A stretch of 64,000 nt of DNA. Origin: Ophelia neglecta. Taxonomy: Eukaryota. How positions within the stretch are numbered: position 1 is the stretch's first letter; each line of letters opens with the position of its first letter. This document shows positions 39,601 to 51,697 of this stretch, piece by piece. The stretch lies in NCBI GenBank assembly GCA_965285935.1, contig OZ260666.1, forward strand, positions 4,898,001 to 4,962,000, in the 5' to 3' direction. The position numbers and the translations under genes are program-made. The notes beneath the pieces are model-generated. The model was not told where the DNA came from. It did no database searches and was given only the letters and a program-made list of their open reading frames with translations.

Positions 39601-42600
39601 CACGAATATTGTTTCTATTTAACTGGTCAGTAACTTGTCTAAAGTGCAATAAATAGTCCAAGTCGTTCTGCTCAGTCGGGACATTACCCTTCCACATGCG
39701 AGTTGCGTAGTAAACGCCCTGACTGATAACATTCACTAAACCACTAGTCGTCAAATCACATCACAAGACAGTAGGACCATATGACAAATAAGATTTGATG
39801 ACGCTGATTGACATAATACAAGTCAAGACTTATTGAATTTATCTTAAACCAACTTCCATGATTTACTAAGATACAGCTAAATTGTGCTGCTGAATTAAAA
39901 ATTGACAGCACTTGTTTTCAGTTAGGATGAGCTGTTTCATGTTATGACTAACATAATAGGCCCAACTAAATAATAGAAATCACCTTGAAATCGAGGCATG
40001 CACATGCATTGCTTTTTATCAATTTATAAACTGCTTATTGGTGTATTTCATGATGCATTTATCTATGTAAAAATATAGCCGCCACATTATGCAGCAATAA
40101 ATCGTGCAAATGACATACGACTAGACTTCTCCTAAAATGACAATATTTAGTAAAAGATAGCCTGTTTGTCATCAATGAAATCTGAATCTCTTCAATCTAC
40201 TATAAAATTACTTTTATTATAAATACTCTTCAATGTAAAAATTGGTAAGAGAACAATGAATTGATGAAATGAAATGTGCTGCTGTGTTTAATATTTTGCA
40301 AGCTCCCATCGGCCAATTACTTCAGACCACACTACCTGCCGCGCAAACAAAGGGTGGCCGCGAACTTCAAAATCAAAGTTATAAATGTTCACTAGTTATA
40401 TATATTAGCCCACTAGTGGCTCACGGCAATAGGGAGAGGGATATTCTCGCAACTACTAACGTTTCGGAATTAAACTGGCTAGATGATTAGAATTCATATT
40501 AACGTTATTGACAACCTGGCTCTTGTGTATTGCGTCTTGTATGAACCTGTGTAGGCGATGTCGTCTATTTTTTAGGACATCATCGTCGGACCCTTTTCCA
40601 AAGATATTTACACCTATAAAAGGAACATCATGATAAAAAGATTCCTACAATTAATTGTAATATATGCGTGTTTTGTAAAAATAATTACCCGTTTATTTTT
40701 ATATCCATTTTAATCGTCTTGTCAAAATGAATATTTATATATTAAATGGTCGCTGTTCTAGCATTATGTGTTTTAATATAGCTATTTTGATAGGTTTTGT
40801 GCCGAATGAAATGTCAACCAAGATACTTCCAACGGAAAACAAAGTCAAAAACACATTTAGTACTTCCAAGATCGATGCTAAATCGACAGCGATAACCCAG
40901 ATAGCGGGTAAAGAACTGTTTACCGAAGGATCAACACAACATTTGCATGCGGCTGGTCAGGTTGCAATCCAGAACAGATCATCTACAGCCATAGTCGGTA
41001 TCGCCGTCACGGCAATCGTGTTGCTTTGTCTCCTCGCCATCGCTTTTGCTGTTTACAGATATACAATTGTACCTGTGGTAGTCTACAGCTACGTTAAAAC
41101 GCAAAGAAATGGACTAGGAATAAAGCCAGATCAGGTAATTCATTTCTTATGTTGACAAACGTTATGTATTGGTTACTTTAAATCAAGTGTAAGTAAATTG
41201 TCAGCATTCCATTGACAAGAGAATATCGGGAGTGAATGCAGACAGTTTTAAGTAGTATTTGACAGATCCTTGGAATGTTTCGGTCTCTCAGGTATTTTAT
41301 TTCAAAAGGATAGGTTCAGTTTCTTGCTGTTAGCGTCCCAACAGAACATAAAAACAAAATCATGTGTAAGTTAAATTTACGCGGCGCCAATCAATAGATA
41401 TTTAACAATTGCCTATTTGTTTAAGAATAATTCCAATATACATCAAGTGCAAGCCCATTACTTACATTCTATTGACACTTTGTTGAAACAATATATTTAC
41501 CTTTAAAACTTCATTTTCCTTAGGAAGTGGGTATCCCGCTTGATGTATTAGACCAACCTACTCTCCGCAAATCAGAAGACGGCCCAACACAGTCTCTTGC
41601 TCCACATCAAGACGCCACCCAGCTACCAGACCCGTTACTAGGTAGTAGGGGAGGTATAGACAGCATTCAAAATGAACACGTCAGTTACGGATGCGCAGAG
41701 GGGAGCCTACCAATAGACCTAGGCGAAAAGAATGTTGAAATATTGCAAATATCAGGAAAACGTCCTATACACGAGGCTGTTCTGAACGGAAATTTGAATG
41801 AAGTCAGACACATTGTATCGAACAAAGAAATTGACTTAAACCAACCAGAGGAGCTTGGGTACACACCTCTCGGGATCGCCGCTGTCCACGGACGAAAGGA
41901 TATTGTAGAATATCTGGTCAAAGTTGGAGCAAAAGTGAATTACGCTTGGTCTGAAGGATTAACCCCAATACAATTGGCGTCCAGGGCAGGTTACACAAAA
42001 GTCGTAGCTCATCTTTGTAAACACGGAGCAAATGTTAACAAGTTGAGCTGTGGGAACAGCCCTCTTTGTGCAGCCTCCTCCAAGGGCCATTTAGACGTGG
42101 TTGAACTCCTTGTCAAGAAAGGCGCTAAAGTAAATCTTGCTGGAGTGAATGGTTTCACCCCTTTACATCTCGCTACTGGAGCAGGTCATTTAGATGTTGC
42201 ACGCGTCTTGTGCAATTTTGGAGCAGATATAAATCAACCATGCCAAACCGGACAAACTGCTTTGGACATAGCATGTGAGAACAGACACACTGACATTTTA
42301 GACTTTCTAGCTGAGAAGGGCCCTAAATCCATTTTAGGTCTGCAAGAGAAAAACATTGTCATCTAACAGGTTGGACGATGTTGAAAATCATGAAGCACCA
42401 ACAACCTTCAAAAAAGCATTGATGGGAAAGTTAAATGCCAATACACCCCAGGATACCATGCTAGCGAGCTTAACAACTTGTTGTCCTGACCGCGAGTCGA
42501 ATGTAAAATTCAAAACAATCAAAATCGATTAATTAAAAGACAAACAGTACGTAGTTACCATGAAGGCATTAGAACAGGCAACGCATATAAAAGCATGTAC

Positions 42601-43030
42601 TGACCGTCTGGACGATGAAGGCACGGGTTGTTTTAACTCAGACGTACACGCTTTTCATACACAAGTTGAAAAGCTGCTCCACAATTGCTGCATTGCAATT
42701 TGCCAAGATGTTAATAGAGTCGTCCAGAAAGGTGGGAAACGAGACAATGAAGCTGCCCCTGCTTCAGCTGAAGCGTTTAGACGTGGCGATATCTTGGAGA
42801 GCACTGGACGCTTCTACATGAACAATAAAGTTGGAACGTTTGACGAATTACAATATTTCGTGAAATGGGAGTTATCTTCTTCGGAAAACCAACAATATCC
42901 ATAGCCAATTTGTGTTTCCATACCTAGGATAAAACAACATGGTCTACAATGTTCTCCAAGTATGTATCTTTGAAACTTTGTTGAAAAATCAACTGCTGCA
43001 TGAAAAAAAAAGACCAAATTATGCTACGAT
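33700..43030. repeat. Right arm of inverted segmental duplication (left arm ~1-9900)
   Basis: Reverse-complement matches: 9260-9900 vs 33700-34440; 7570-8248 vs 34442-35050; 2300-3220 vs 39790-40790; all A/B exons; base 1 aligns to ~43029. Confidence 0.9.
37607..42366 (+). CDS. Gene B: paralog of gene A, open as SP-Ig-beta domain-stalk-TM-6x ankyrin (646 aa), truncated before the Mab-21 domain
   Basis: Exons 37607-37700, 38540-38866, 39074-39409, 40794-41134, 41524-42366 (TAA). Same junctions as gene A; a frameshift at ~42328-42355 relative to A leads to the stop. Confidence 0.8.
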
Positions 43031-44052
43031 GTGATCCAAATACACAAGGCCCGGGATTATGTGTGGGACTCTCATGGGTCTGTCCCTCAGAGCATACACA
43101 TGACCTCCGACTTAGTATAACACCCGTCGTTGTGTGGAAAGACAAACTGATGTCTGAAGTATGTCAAATTCCCGATGCCATGAAAAAGGCCCCATTTGAG
43201 TCCATTATGGATGACTTTATCAAAATGCGAGTTGTATTAATACCAGACCCCAATATTGATATAACTGTCGAAGAAGAATACATCACCTCGTCCTGGAAAG
43301 TGTCATTTGATGACACAGAACGTCTAATATTTAGATGCTTAGACGATATTTCATCAAATATCAGGACATGTTTCCACCTTCTGCAATTGCTCAACAACTT
43401 TCTACCCACGAGAATAACTCGTTCTGAAGAGCATGACGTTTGGAAATGCCACCCGGTGATATCGTCCTACGTGCTGTACAATACACTGCTTCAGGTGTGG
43501 ATTAAACATCCAACCAAGGCTGAATGGGATGACCATAATTTTCCCGACCGACTGGTCAGTTGCCTTGATTCTCTCAGCAAATTTACCTATCAAGACTTTC
43601 TCTCGGAGAAGACAGAGCCGTCTATACAGATTTCCCACCTCAACCATATACAACAGCAAACTCTAAACGGCATACTTGGCTCTGACCTGAAGGAGATCCT
43701 CAACATACTGCACCAAAAGGGAACGCGTATGACGAGAAAGGACTCCATCACCCAGACGCTTGGCAAAACAAACAAAGCCATACAAAGACGTTCTTTAGGA
43801 AGGGCATCAGTATACGCCAAATATGACGTCATCTGTGTGCTTAGCTTGAATGCAGCAGACGGTGTGCATTACACCGTGCATTCTGGCTGGAAGGAAGTAT
43901 ATGCATCTGGGCATCTTAAGAAGAAAACCTATGTAGGAATTACAGATGGCTCTTATTGCTACAGGATTCCTGCACCAAACGTCTCTTGTAGAAAGTTTCA
44001 CCTGTATGAAAATATGTATGATTTCATTTTGAAAAAGTTTGAAACAAGTTAA
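42328..44052 (+). pseudogene. Disrupted Mab-21/cGAS-like region of gene B
   Basis: Versus gene A: frameshift ~42328-42355, TAA 42530-42532 (GAA in A), TAG 42902-42904 (AAG in A), 11-nt deletion ~42966, A-run indel ~43003-43011. Mab-21 motifs are clear: TGRFYMNNKVGTFDELQYF, GPGLCV, LRLSITPVV, WKVSFDDTERLIF, RTCFHLLQLL, ISSYVLYNTLL, HPTKAEWDDHNFPDRLVSCLDSL. Confidence 0.8.
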
Positions 44053-45140
44053 GGGACCCCACGGGAAAAGTATTAGTTTGCAGAAAGCTATACCTCCTAA
44101 TCATTCATATGAAAATCATATCGCAGATAATTTTCTCTCAATGTGTTGCTGTTCATTATCTAGAAGTGCTCCTGACAAATCTACTGCAGCTTGAACACCT
44201 GCTTGAAGAGTCAGTCTCAATGAGAATGGAGTTGACAGTAAGCTTTATCTAACCCGTGAGATCGGGTGTGAAGCAGAACACAGGACTCGACGAATCGATG
44301 CACAAAGTACTTGTAAGGAGGACGTTTTTAAGCAACCCTTTGCATTAGCTCAGACCGCCACAAGTGATAAATAATTAATGAAGAATAATCAACCTCGATC
44401 AGGTAGGTGCTTCTAGATGACACCGCTGATCTACTCTGAGGAATCCTTGCTGATATTCCATCAACTCTAATATAAAGACTAGTGTTAATACATGTATATA
44501 TTTGAGTTATTCTGAAGCTTTCTGTTAATGAGAATACTTCGTTATCAACATTGTTGTGCTGACATCCATCCATGTGTATATGGCATATATCCGTAATGCT
44601 GTGTTTATGCTCGCTTAATATCTTCCATGCATTCAATGACATTTTATATTTATTGCGCGGATTGCCGCGGCACATAACGGTTTGATTGCTGCTTTTACGA
44701 ACTATAGGTGCATACAAACAAAACTGGCACAAATAAAAAAGAATGTGTCTACTTATCAACCAACTACATATTTGTGTAAGATATTTTACGAATTACGATC
44801 TAGCTATGTAAATTCTGTGTATTTCATTCAATGAAAGGCATTTTCGCCTGGTCAATTGTGTTTTTCTATATGGATTTATTCATTTTGTCATTATTGTTAA
44901 CGCTTTCCTTACTATAAACTTATATTCAACAACAATCCTATACCATGTGTATATAATTAATCAATTGACTATTGAATGAATATTAATTAATTGCATGGAT
45001 TCTTATTTCGTCATATACTAGTCTCTCGCTCTTGGTTATTTTTCTTAGAATCAAATAGTTGAGAATTAATCTTGTAACTATTATTATTAAAATTATCATA
45101 GTTTTAATACATATGATACCAATTTTAGCTATTGAAATGA

Positions 45141-45146
45141 AATAAA
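45141..45146 (+). terminator. Candidate polyadenylation signal for gene B
   Basis: AATAAA ending an AT-rich stretch ~1.1 kb after the 44052 stop; other AATAAA hexamers occur nearby. Confidence 0.3.
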
Positions 45147-46705
45147 GTTGAACACTGCACTATTGTAACATGTTCTGTGACAAGAATACCCTAATCAATA
45201 ACTAATAATGTCAATCACTGTCAAGGAGATGACATTTTTAGTTATCTTAAATGGTAAAAACTACATTATTTCGATTTTATCCTAAACAAATTTCCAAAGG
45301 GAGATATCCATAGGCCGAATAGATTTTTGAAACACAGGTACTAGACCTGACAGCACATAACTGACTAGAAATATGACGCCGAAACTGAACAGGTACTGGT
45401 TTGAGACCAGCTGAATGTCAATAGATATTGTACCCCCTCCATACGCAAAACGTGCAAAAAAAGATCATTATCGTAAATGACAGGAAACTCATAACATTAT
45501 AAATAGAAACATAATTGGTGGAATGCTCTTCACAAAGACAAAGCACAGCTTTGATGAGTAAGATTCGCCGCGCAGTAGCATTATAATGTACTGACTGCTT
45601 AGAGCAGAGCACAGTGGGTCAGTGCAAATGTATCCAATGGGCATTTAAAGAGTGTTGTGAGTATGTTCCTTACCGGAGTGCCTCAGGCATAAACTTCAAA
45701 AACCCATTCAGGAGGTGACACTCGCCCAACGCACTTACCGTGATAGAGGAACATTCAGGATCAGCCATTGAGCATGTACTCGTTTATGTGGTTAACAGGC
45801 GCTTATACGCTAAATGAAAAACAACGGCGACATCCGACGACCGACACAATGATACATTTGTATCATCGTCACAATTGTCAATGCTAATCCATATGATTAT
45901 CATTGTGCATCAAGTAATGTGGTGGTGAATGGATATTGGGCTGTGTCAATTTTAGAGCTAATATAATTAAGTTTGTACTGGTTTCTTTTTGTGTGTGTGT
46001 ATTTAGCAGTTATGCAACCGGCTTTGTTATATTTACTCTGCTATAAGTTCGTGTATAGCCGAAAGCACTTGAGGCTGGCTCGCTATTATTAACACACTAT
46101 TTGCCATTGTGTTCCGACAATTAAAGTAGACGGACAGCAACATACACAACATATCGGCGTTTCTGAGACTCGTAGGTAGTACGCCATTTAACCATTCCAG
46201 TCACTCTGTATAATGTAAAACAAACTAATGGGCATAGTGATTGAGTACGTAGCACAGTGATCTAGGCATTTGTTCAAAGCCGTTAAACCGCCCAGAGTAA
46301 TAAGACCTGAACTTCAACACATATACTTTTTCAGACATAGTTGTGCGTGTATGTTCTGTTCTATGTTGTTCATTTGGGTTATTATAAAACCGTTGGCGGC
46401 TGTTGTATCGGTTCATATTCACATGAACTATAACACAGTGTTTAGCCCGTCTGTTTAATCAATGGGCTACTCAATTATGCACAATGCGGCCTTTAGACTA
46501 TTCTACTTCGTGCGCATGCGCTCAAATCAGCATATTATATAATTCAGGCAAAAACAAATTCATGGTACTGACGCCATTATCATTAAACAGAATATAGTTA
46601 AACTATTGATGCTGTGCTTAAATAACAGCAAACTATGAACAAGCAGTCAACCGCGTGGTTTAATCTAAATAATGATTTCAAGTCCCATTAAAGTGGAACT
46701 ACCAA

Positions 46706-47021
46706 AGCGCGGCCGAGTGGTTAAAGCGTCCGCCTCGCAAGTGATAGATCGGGGTTCAAATCTCGATCGCGTCAAACCCAAGACGTAAAAATAGGTAATG
46801 ATAGCTGCCCTGCCAGGCGCCTGGTATTTCGGGGGCAGTATGAGGACTGGTCAACCCGGTGTCAGTATAATGTGACTGCGCGGGGTGCCCTGTCTGGTGT
46901 CAACGGCAGGTACTCCAGTGAGGCAGCACTATAAAGAGGGCATTGGGCCCACTGTCACAAGTAGGCACCGTGGTGATATGACCATATAAGTGTTGAAAGC
47001 CACGTAAAACCCCAACCAACC
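46706..47021 (+). mobile_element. tRNA-derived SINE with Meta-SINE-like core
   Basis: A-box GGCCGAGTGGTTAAAG, B-box GGTTCAAATCT, core GACTGG..TCAGTATAATGTGAC..CAGTGAGGCAGCACTATAAA, tail TTGAAAGCCACGTAAAACCCCAACCAACC. Family recognised from memory. Confidence 0.8.
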
Positions 47022-48129
47022 CATTAAGGTGGACCTTGTGGCATCTTCACCAATTTACGGCCCGGTCAAATTTAGATGCCATTGGCATGTTGCTATACAT
47101 ATATGTGACCATATTAACTGTAAAGTGTCCCTGTCACCGTCCTTGTCCTTTATTAAAGATGTGGTAGGAGCAGATCAGCTTTCTCCCTCTCACACCGCTT
47201 GGCCCCACCCTCTGAGGTCTAAAGATCGCCCCCAAATATACCCCAAGACCAAATAATTAGCTGTTGTATACTGCAACCAGCAGATACTTTTATAAGGTAA
47301 GGTACAGATTGAGAATAAAATGAAATTCTTCCCGGAAAAATGCCAAAATAAAAGGATGTGTTCAACATGAACTTTCAGCCTATGGATTCCCTCAGCTTTA
47401 TTTAATGACCCTGGTTACCAATTTATGTATTGTCTCTTGCACTTTTACCGCCGATTGAAACGGTGTTTTAGAAGTGAAAACAAACACTGCAAAATAAAGG
47501 TTGGAGAAGAATTTATTTGCATAAAATTACAAGCAGTAATTGTAGGCGGACAAAGACATGAATAAATAAGAGTTGTTTTATTGTCAGTTCACAGTATATT
47601 GTTTACTTGAACCACAGAACACGATACACGTCGTAATACAAAATGGCTGACAAAACTCCTCTAAGGGCGATAATTGGCGATACCTGACGAAAGGTGACAG
47701 TTCAGTTTGAAAATTATACAAATTTGTCTTATAAACTCGAAGCTTTAAATAGGCAAAGACTATTGTCATTCTATGTTATACATGTTTCGCCAATGAAATA
47801 AACAATTTAAGATAAACTTACAGCTCTGGGGCTATATAAAAACCCATGAAACGTCCGCAACACAAAAACATGTAACATGGCTTCCTCCTGACTACAATGT
47901 CGCACGCTCGCTTACCGACGCAGTGCCTATTCACCAAACAAAAAAAATCCGTGCGCCTCGGCCGAGGTGCTTACATCGAAATGCGCTAAGAAAAAATTAA
48001 CCCATGAAACTACTTACAGAATGATTAAGAAATGTGTTATTACTCCGAAACCCGAACAATAAATAAGTAGTTTGAAATGGCATATCTACTAAATACGGAA
48101 AATATGACGGTCTGTGGGCTACAGTTACA

Positions 48130-48713
48130 AATAAACAGGAACCAGCTGTAGTTGGCACGTTAGTGCAAACTGATGGCGCAACGTGTCTGTTTCAAAACAT
48201 ACATTTATATGTATTTGTGTTAAGGGTGCATTAGTATCGGTTCAGATAAAAATAATGCTAATCATACCTAGACCAATGTATGTCCAGTACATAAAATTGG
48301 ATAAAAGCGTTAGGTTGGTGTTATGAAATGGCTGCCATTGTAGCTTATATTATTATCAATGCTGCCAAGCCCCCTCTTTATGGTATGAAAACGTGTCTAG
48401 TAACACAATCAATACCAAATTGAATATAGTATTTCTCCCAATGTAATAAAAATATACATACACGAGAATCCATATCTGGTTTAGAATGGATCCCCAATGA
48501 GAGTCTATCATGATAATTACAAGATATACTGTGTCGGCGGCAATTTGTATTAAAACACTGTTACTTCAGGCTTTTCCCTTCAATGAGAGGCAAATAGGAA
48601 AGGTACCATTGCTTACCCAAAACAAATAATGTCTGGTTTGCAGTATAGTTCGTATGGCGACAGTAGAAGTTACCGGCGTCATTTAATGTGTCACTAATCT
48701 TCAGGACAGATTC
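48130..48713 (-). pseudogene. Remnant of a third C/D-family paralog
   Basis: 48713-48617 encodes ..VLKISDTLNDAGNFYCRHTNYTANQTLFVL followed by a GTAAGC donor, matching the 3' end of the gene D Ig exon. 48130-48460 resembles gene D intron sequence 52897-53290. Confidence 0.75.
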
Positions 48714-51697
48714 ATATGAGTGATATAGTAGTGGAGTTTAGAGGTGTAAAAAATCTAAAGGAATTGAGAAGTTAATATAAATTAGGAGCGGTTTTGGAGA
48801 ATATTAGGAGAGTAATTGGGCTGTGATTTCAGCAGGGTTACGGGATTTTAGAAGGTTGTTTGAGGGGTAACCTTTGAAGGGCCCATTCTCCAGTGCACAA
48901 TCTCATCTTTCCTCATCAACCCTCTGCCGCCAGCACTCTCTTGGCCTTGAGACAGAAAGAAGACTATTCCAAAGTAAGTCTATCAATGCAGACGATCTGA
49001 AATCAGTCCTTGTTATATTTGAACCGACCTCATTTCAGGCCCTCAGCTTCACCCACTATTCTTCACACCATGAGAAGACACCAGTCTCCCGGATACTGTA
49101 GGTCAATTCATTGCATTCCTACACTTATTCAGACCAGCTTCCTTTGGTTGGTGTGAGAAAAAAAATGTGGGGGTAGAAATATGCCTGAAGCGTATTTATT
49201 AGTAAAAATATTCAGTTATATTACTTGCATGGTATCATTTTACGCATTAGTACTAAATACGCCATTTAAAAGCCTATGGTATAGGATAGAGTGCAAGACT
49301 TTATGATATACATAGCATTTTTATATTACAGTGCAAAATATATGCCAGATATAGATACTTTTAAAATTTAGTCGGACTCATTTAGAAAAATTAAATCAAT
49401 TCCCAACTCTAATACAATGTATTTGTCTTCTGCACAATTAAATCAACGAAGATGCAGCATAAGGCAATTTGTTAAGTTGCTTAATATAATTAACTTGCAT
49501 TATTATTAGGTGCAAATGCAAATATACTATAACTGAATTAATCTTCGTTCAAATTAAAATTTACTTAAGATTAATATTATGTCAATAAGCCGATAGTTGG
49601 CGATAATTGGCAATAAACCACGTGTTATCATTAAATCAAATAGATATGCTCATTATTAGTGAAATCATGCTTATGGCATTAATATAATACAAGTGTTTTA
49701 GGAGAATCCTTCACTATACATGCTTATATCTACAGCGCTATTTATAGCCACACAAAAGCTATTTATGCAATCCCACTGGCATCACATTTGCTTAATTATT
49801 GTCCAATCATCATACAAAATAAATTCGATATCGTACTTCCAACTCTTATTTCAAGTCCAATCCACTTTCGAATGATTATTTCAAACTACATCCATCAATA
49901 TCACCTCCCCCCTTTTATATTATTTATCTTTTTTCCGTGTGCTAATTGCTATCGTGGTTCAACTACAAAAATTTCAAATTTCCTATCCGACTCAATAAGG
50001 AGTTGGCTGGTCTTTCGTATGCCGTCAGCATAACTCACTCGCGTGCGTCAATGCGTCTGGTCTCCTGGTCGAGCCACGTCGAGTCACATTCCCCAGTGGA
50101 TACCGGAGGAAATAAATCGGGTTTTTATATAATGAGTCATTAAAAGCAATTAACATTGCCCAAACGATTGAAACTCTCCTTCATATTGCTGTCAAATCCA
50201 ATGACCCCCACATTTGTATAATACTTCAGAAAATTGAACAAAGAAAAAAGTCAACATAAATTAATGAAACATGTGGAAGAAATTATGCTTGCCGTTATTT
50301 ATATTATTTTAGTGGAAAGATACTCCCTCTAGTCTTGTCCCCGCCCACTGTTTGGGTAATTATAGAAAAAAAAATCAAATTATACTGTTTAAGCACGAGT
50401 GTGGCTGTTTTTTTGTTGTTTTTTTTTATTAAAAAAAATATTTTCAGAAGATTAATCGTTTACTCTGCTTCATACGCCTATTGACACTAGAGGGAAAAAT
50501 CAGGATGTTGTATCGTGATTCATTAAATAAAACATATGATTGCCGCACCCTATTAACATTTACTTCACTACTTCTCATTGCCACTGATATCAAGTTATGG
50601 TAAGCTGTTGGTTACTACGCCATAACTAACCTAACAACAATGTTTGTCATCAGCTATTTCGATACGCTTCAGGTCGCAGATTTTTCCCGATTGCCTTCAG
50701 AATGCTATAATTTGTGTATGATCTTGACCTTACCATGTGTATAGTTATTGCCAGTTGTAGGTAGAGGAGGTCTGAATAAGTGAGCAAAAAAGTCGTTTTT
50801 TCATGTTTTTGGAAAATTCTGCCACATCGTCACAGAAGTAGCTATCGGCTTTTGCTTAACTTGAAAATGTTCGCGACGGCAGGATGCAGATTTTTGTTGC
50901 TAAGCGGCACATTCTCATCGCGATAAATTAACAGCTATGGTAGCTGCCAAATCGCGATAAAGCATCGTACACGAAATGTGCCGGCGGCATTCTGATGGCG
51001 ATCGAAAGCATGTGTCCGCAAAAATGAACCATTAAGTCCTCCGACGATTCGTTTTCAAGATACAGCCCAAATGTCGTTTCAAACCTCGTAGATTTAAAGG
51101 CTTATTTCTCCGGAAACGGAAGTTACAGCGTAAGCTCTGTTGAAGTCAGTCTTGGGACTAGAGTCGATATTCGGAATTTTGATCGTTAGCCAGGATATCA
51201 GGGAATCCTCTCCCTTCAAGTTAAACAACTTATGCACCCTAGGATTGCAAGGCATTACACGCAAGACCGTACATGTCTTTGTTAAACGGTAGTTCAGGCA
51301 ATTTTAAACGCCGCATAAACGGGCTTTTGACGCTACTACAAAACTTTTTGCGATAAGCAGTTTTAGTTTTTTCACCGTTGGTAACCGCCAACCACTGAGT
51401 ATCAGGGATGAAGTCGGAGGAGACGCCCGGCCGACAATGCGAAATTTATTGTAATAACATCCATAAATCTAGTCTATGTGGACCTGTGACTGCTGTTCAC
51501 TGATATTTCAAGCCGATTTAATGTAGTATTATTGATTAATGGTTTTGCTGTTTATGTCGGATATGCACGTAGGTTTGGGTAGTTTGGTTTTCGGAATGTA
51601 TCACGGCATAAGCTGAATATAGAAGTGCGAGAAGTTTTATTTCTGAATAAACGATTAGATTCATTATACAGACGAGTTTGCTCTGTCTGTAACGTTG

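Noticed and set aside
42328-43011. Programmed frameshifting/readthrough or hidden introns restoring gene B
   Set aside because: Gene A is colinear and uninterrupted across the same sequence, so these are ordinary lesions (or errors), not introns or recoding.
41527-44052. Three separate genes, as the ORF track suggests (279, 114, 350 aa)
   Set aside because: They are fragments of one exon, as shown by gene A's continuous frame.
46706-46775. tRNA gene
   Set aside because: A and B boxes are present but there is no clean cloverleaf, and the sequence continues into a SINE body and tail.
49960-50105. Further gene D cytoplasmic exon
   Set aside because: Candidate acceptor reads CGG rather than AG and there is an in-frame TGA; unsupported.
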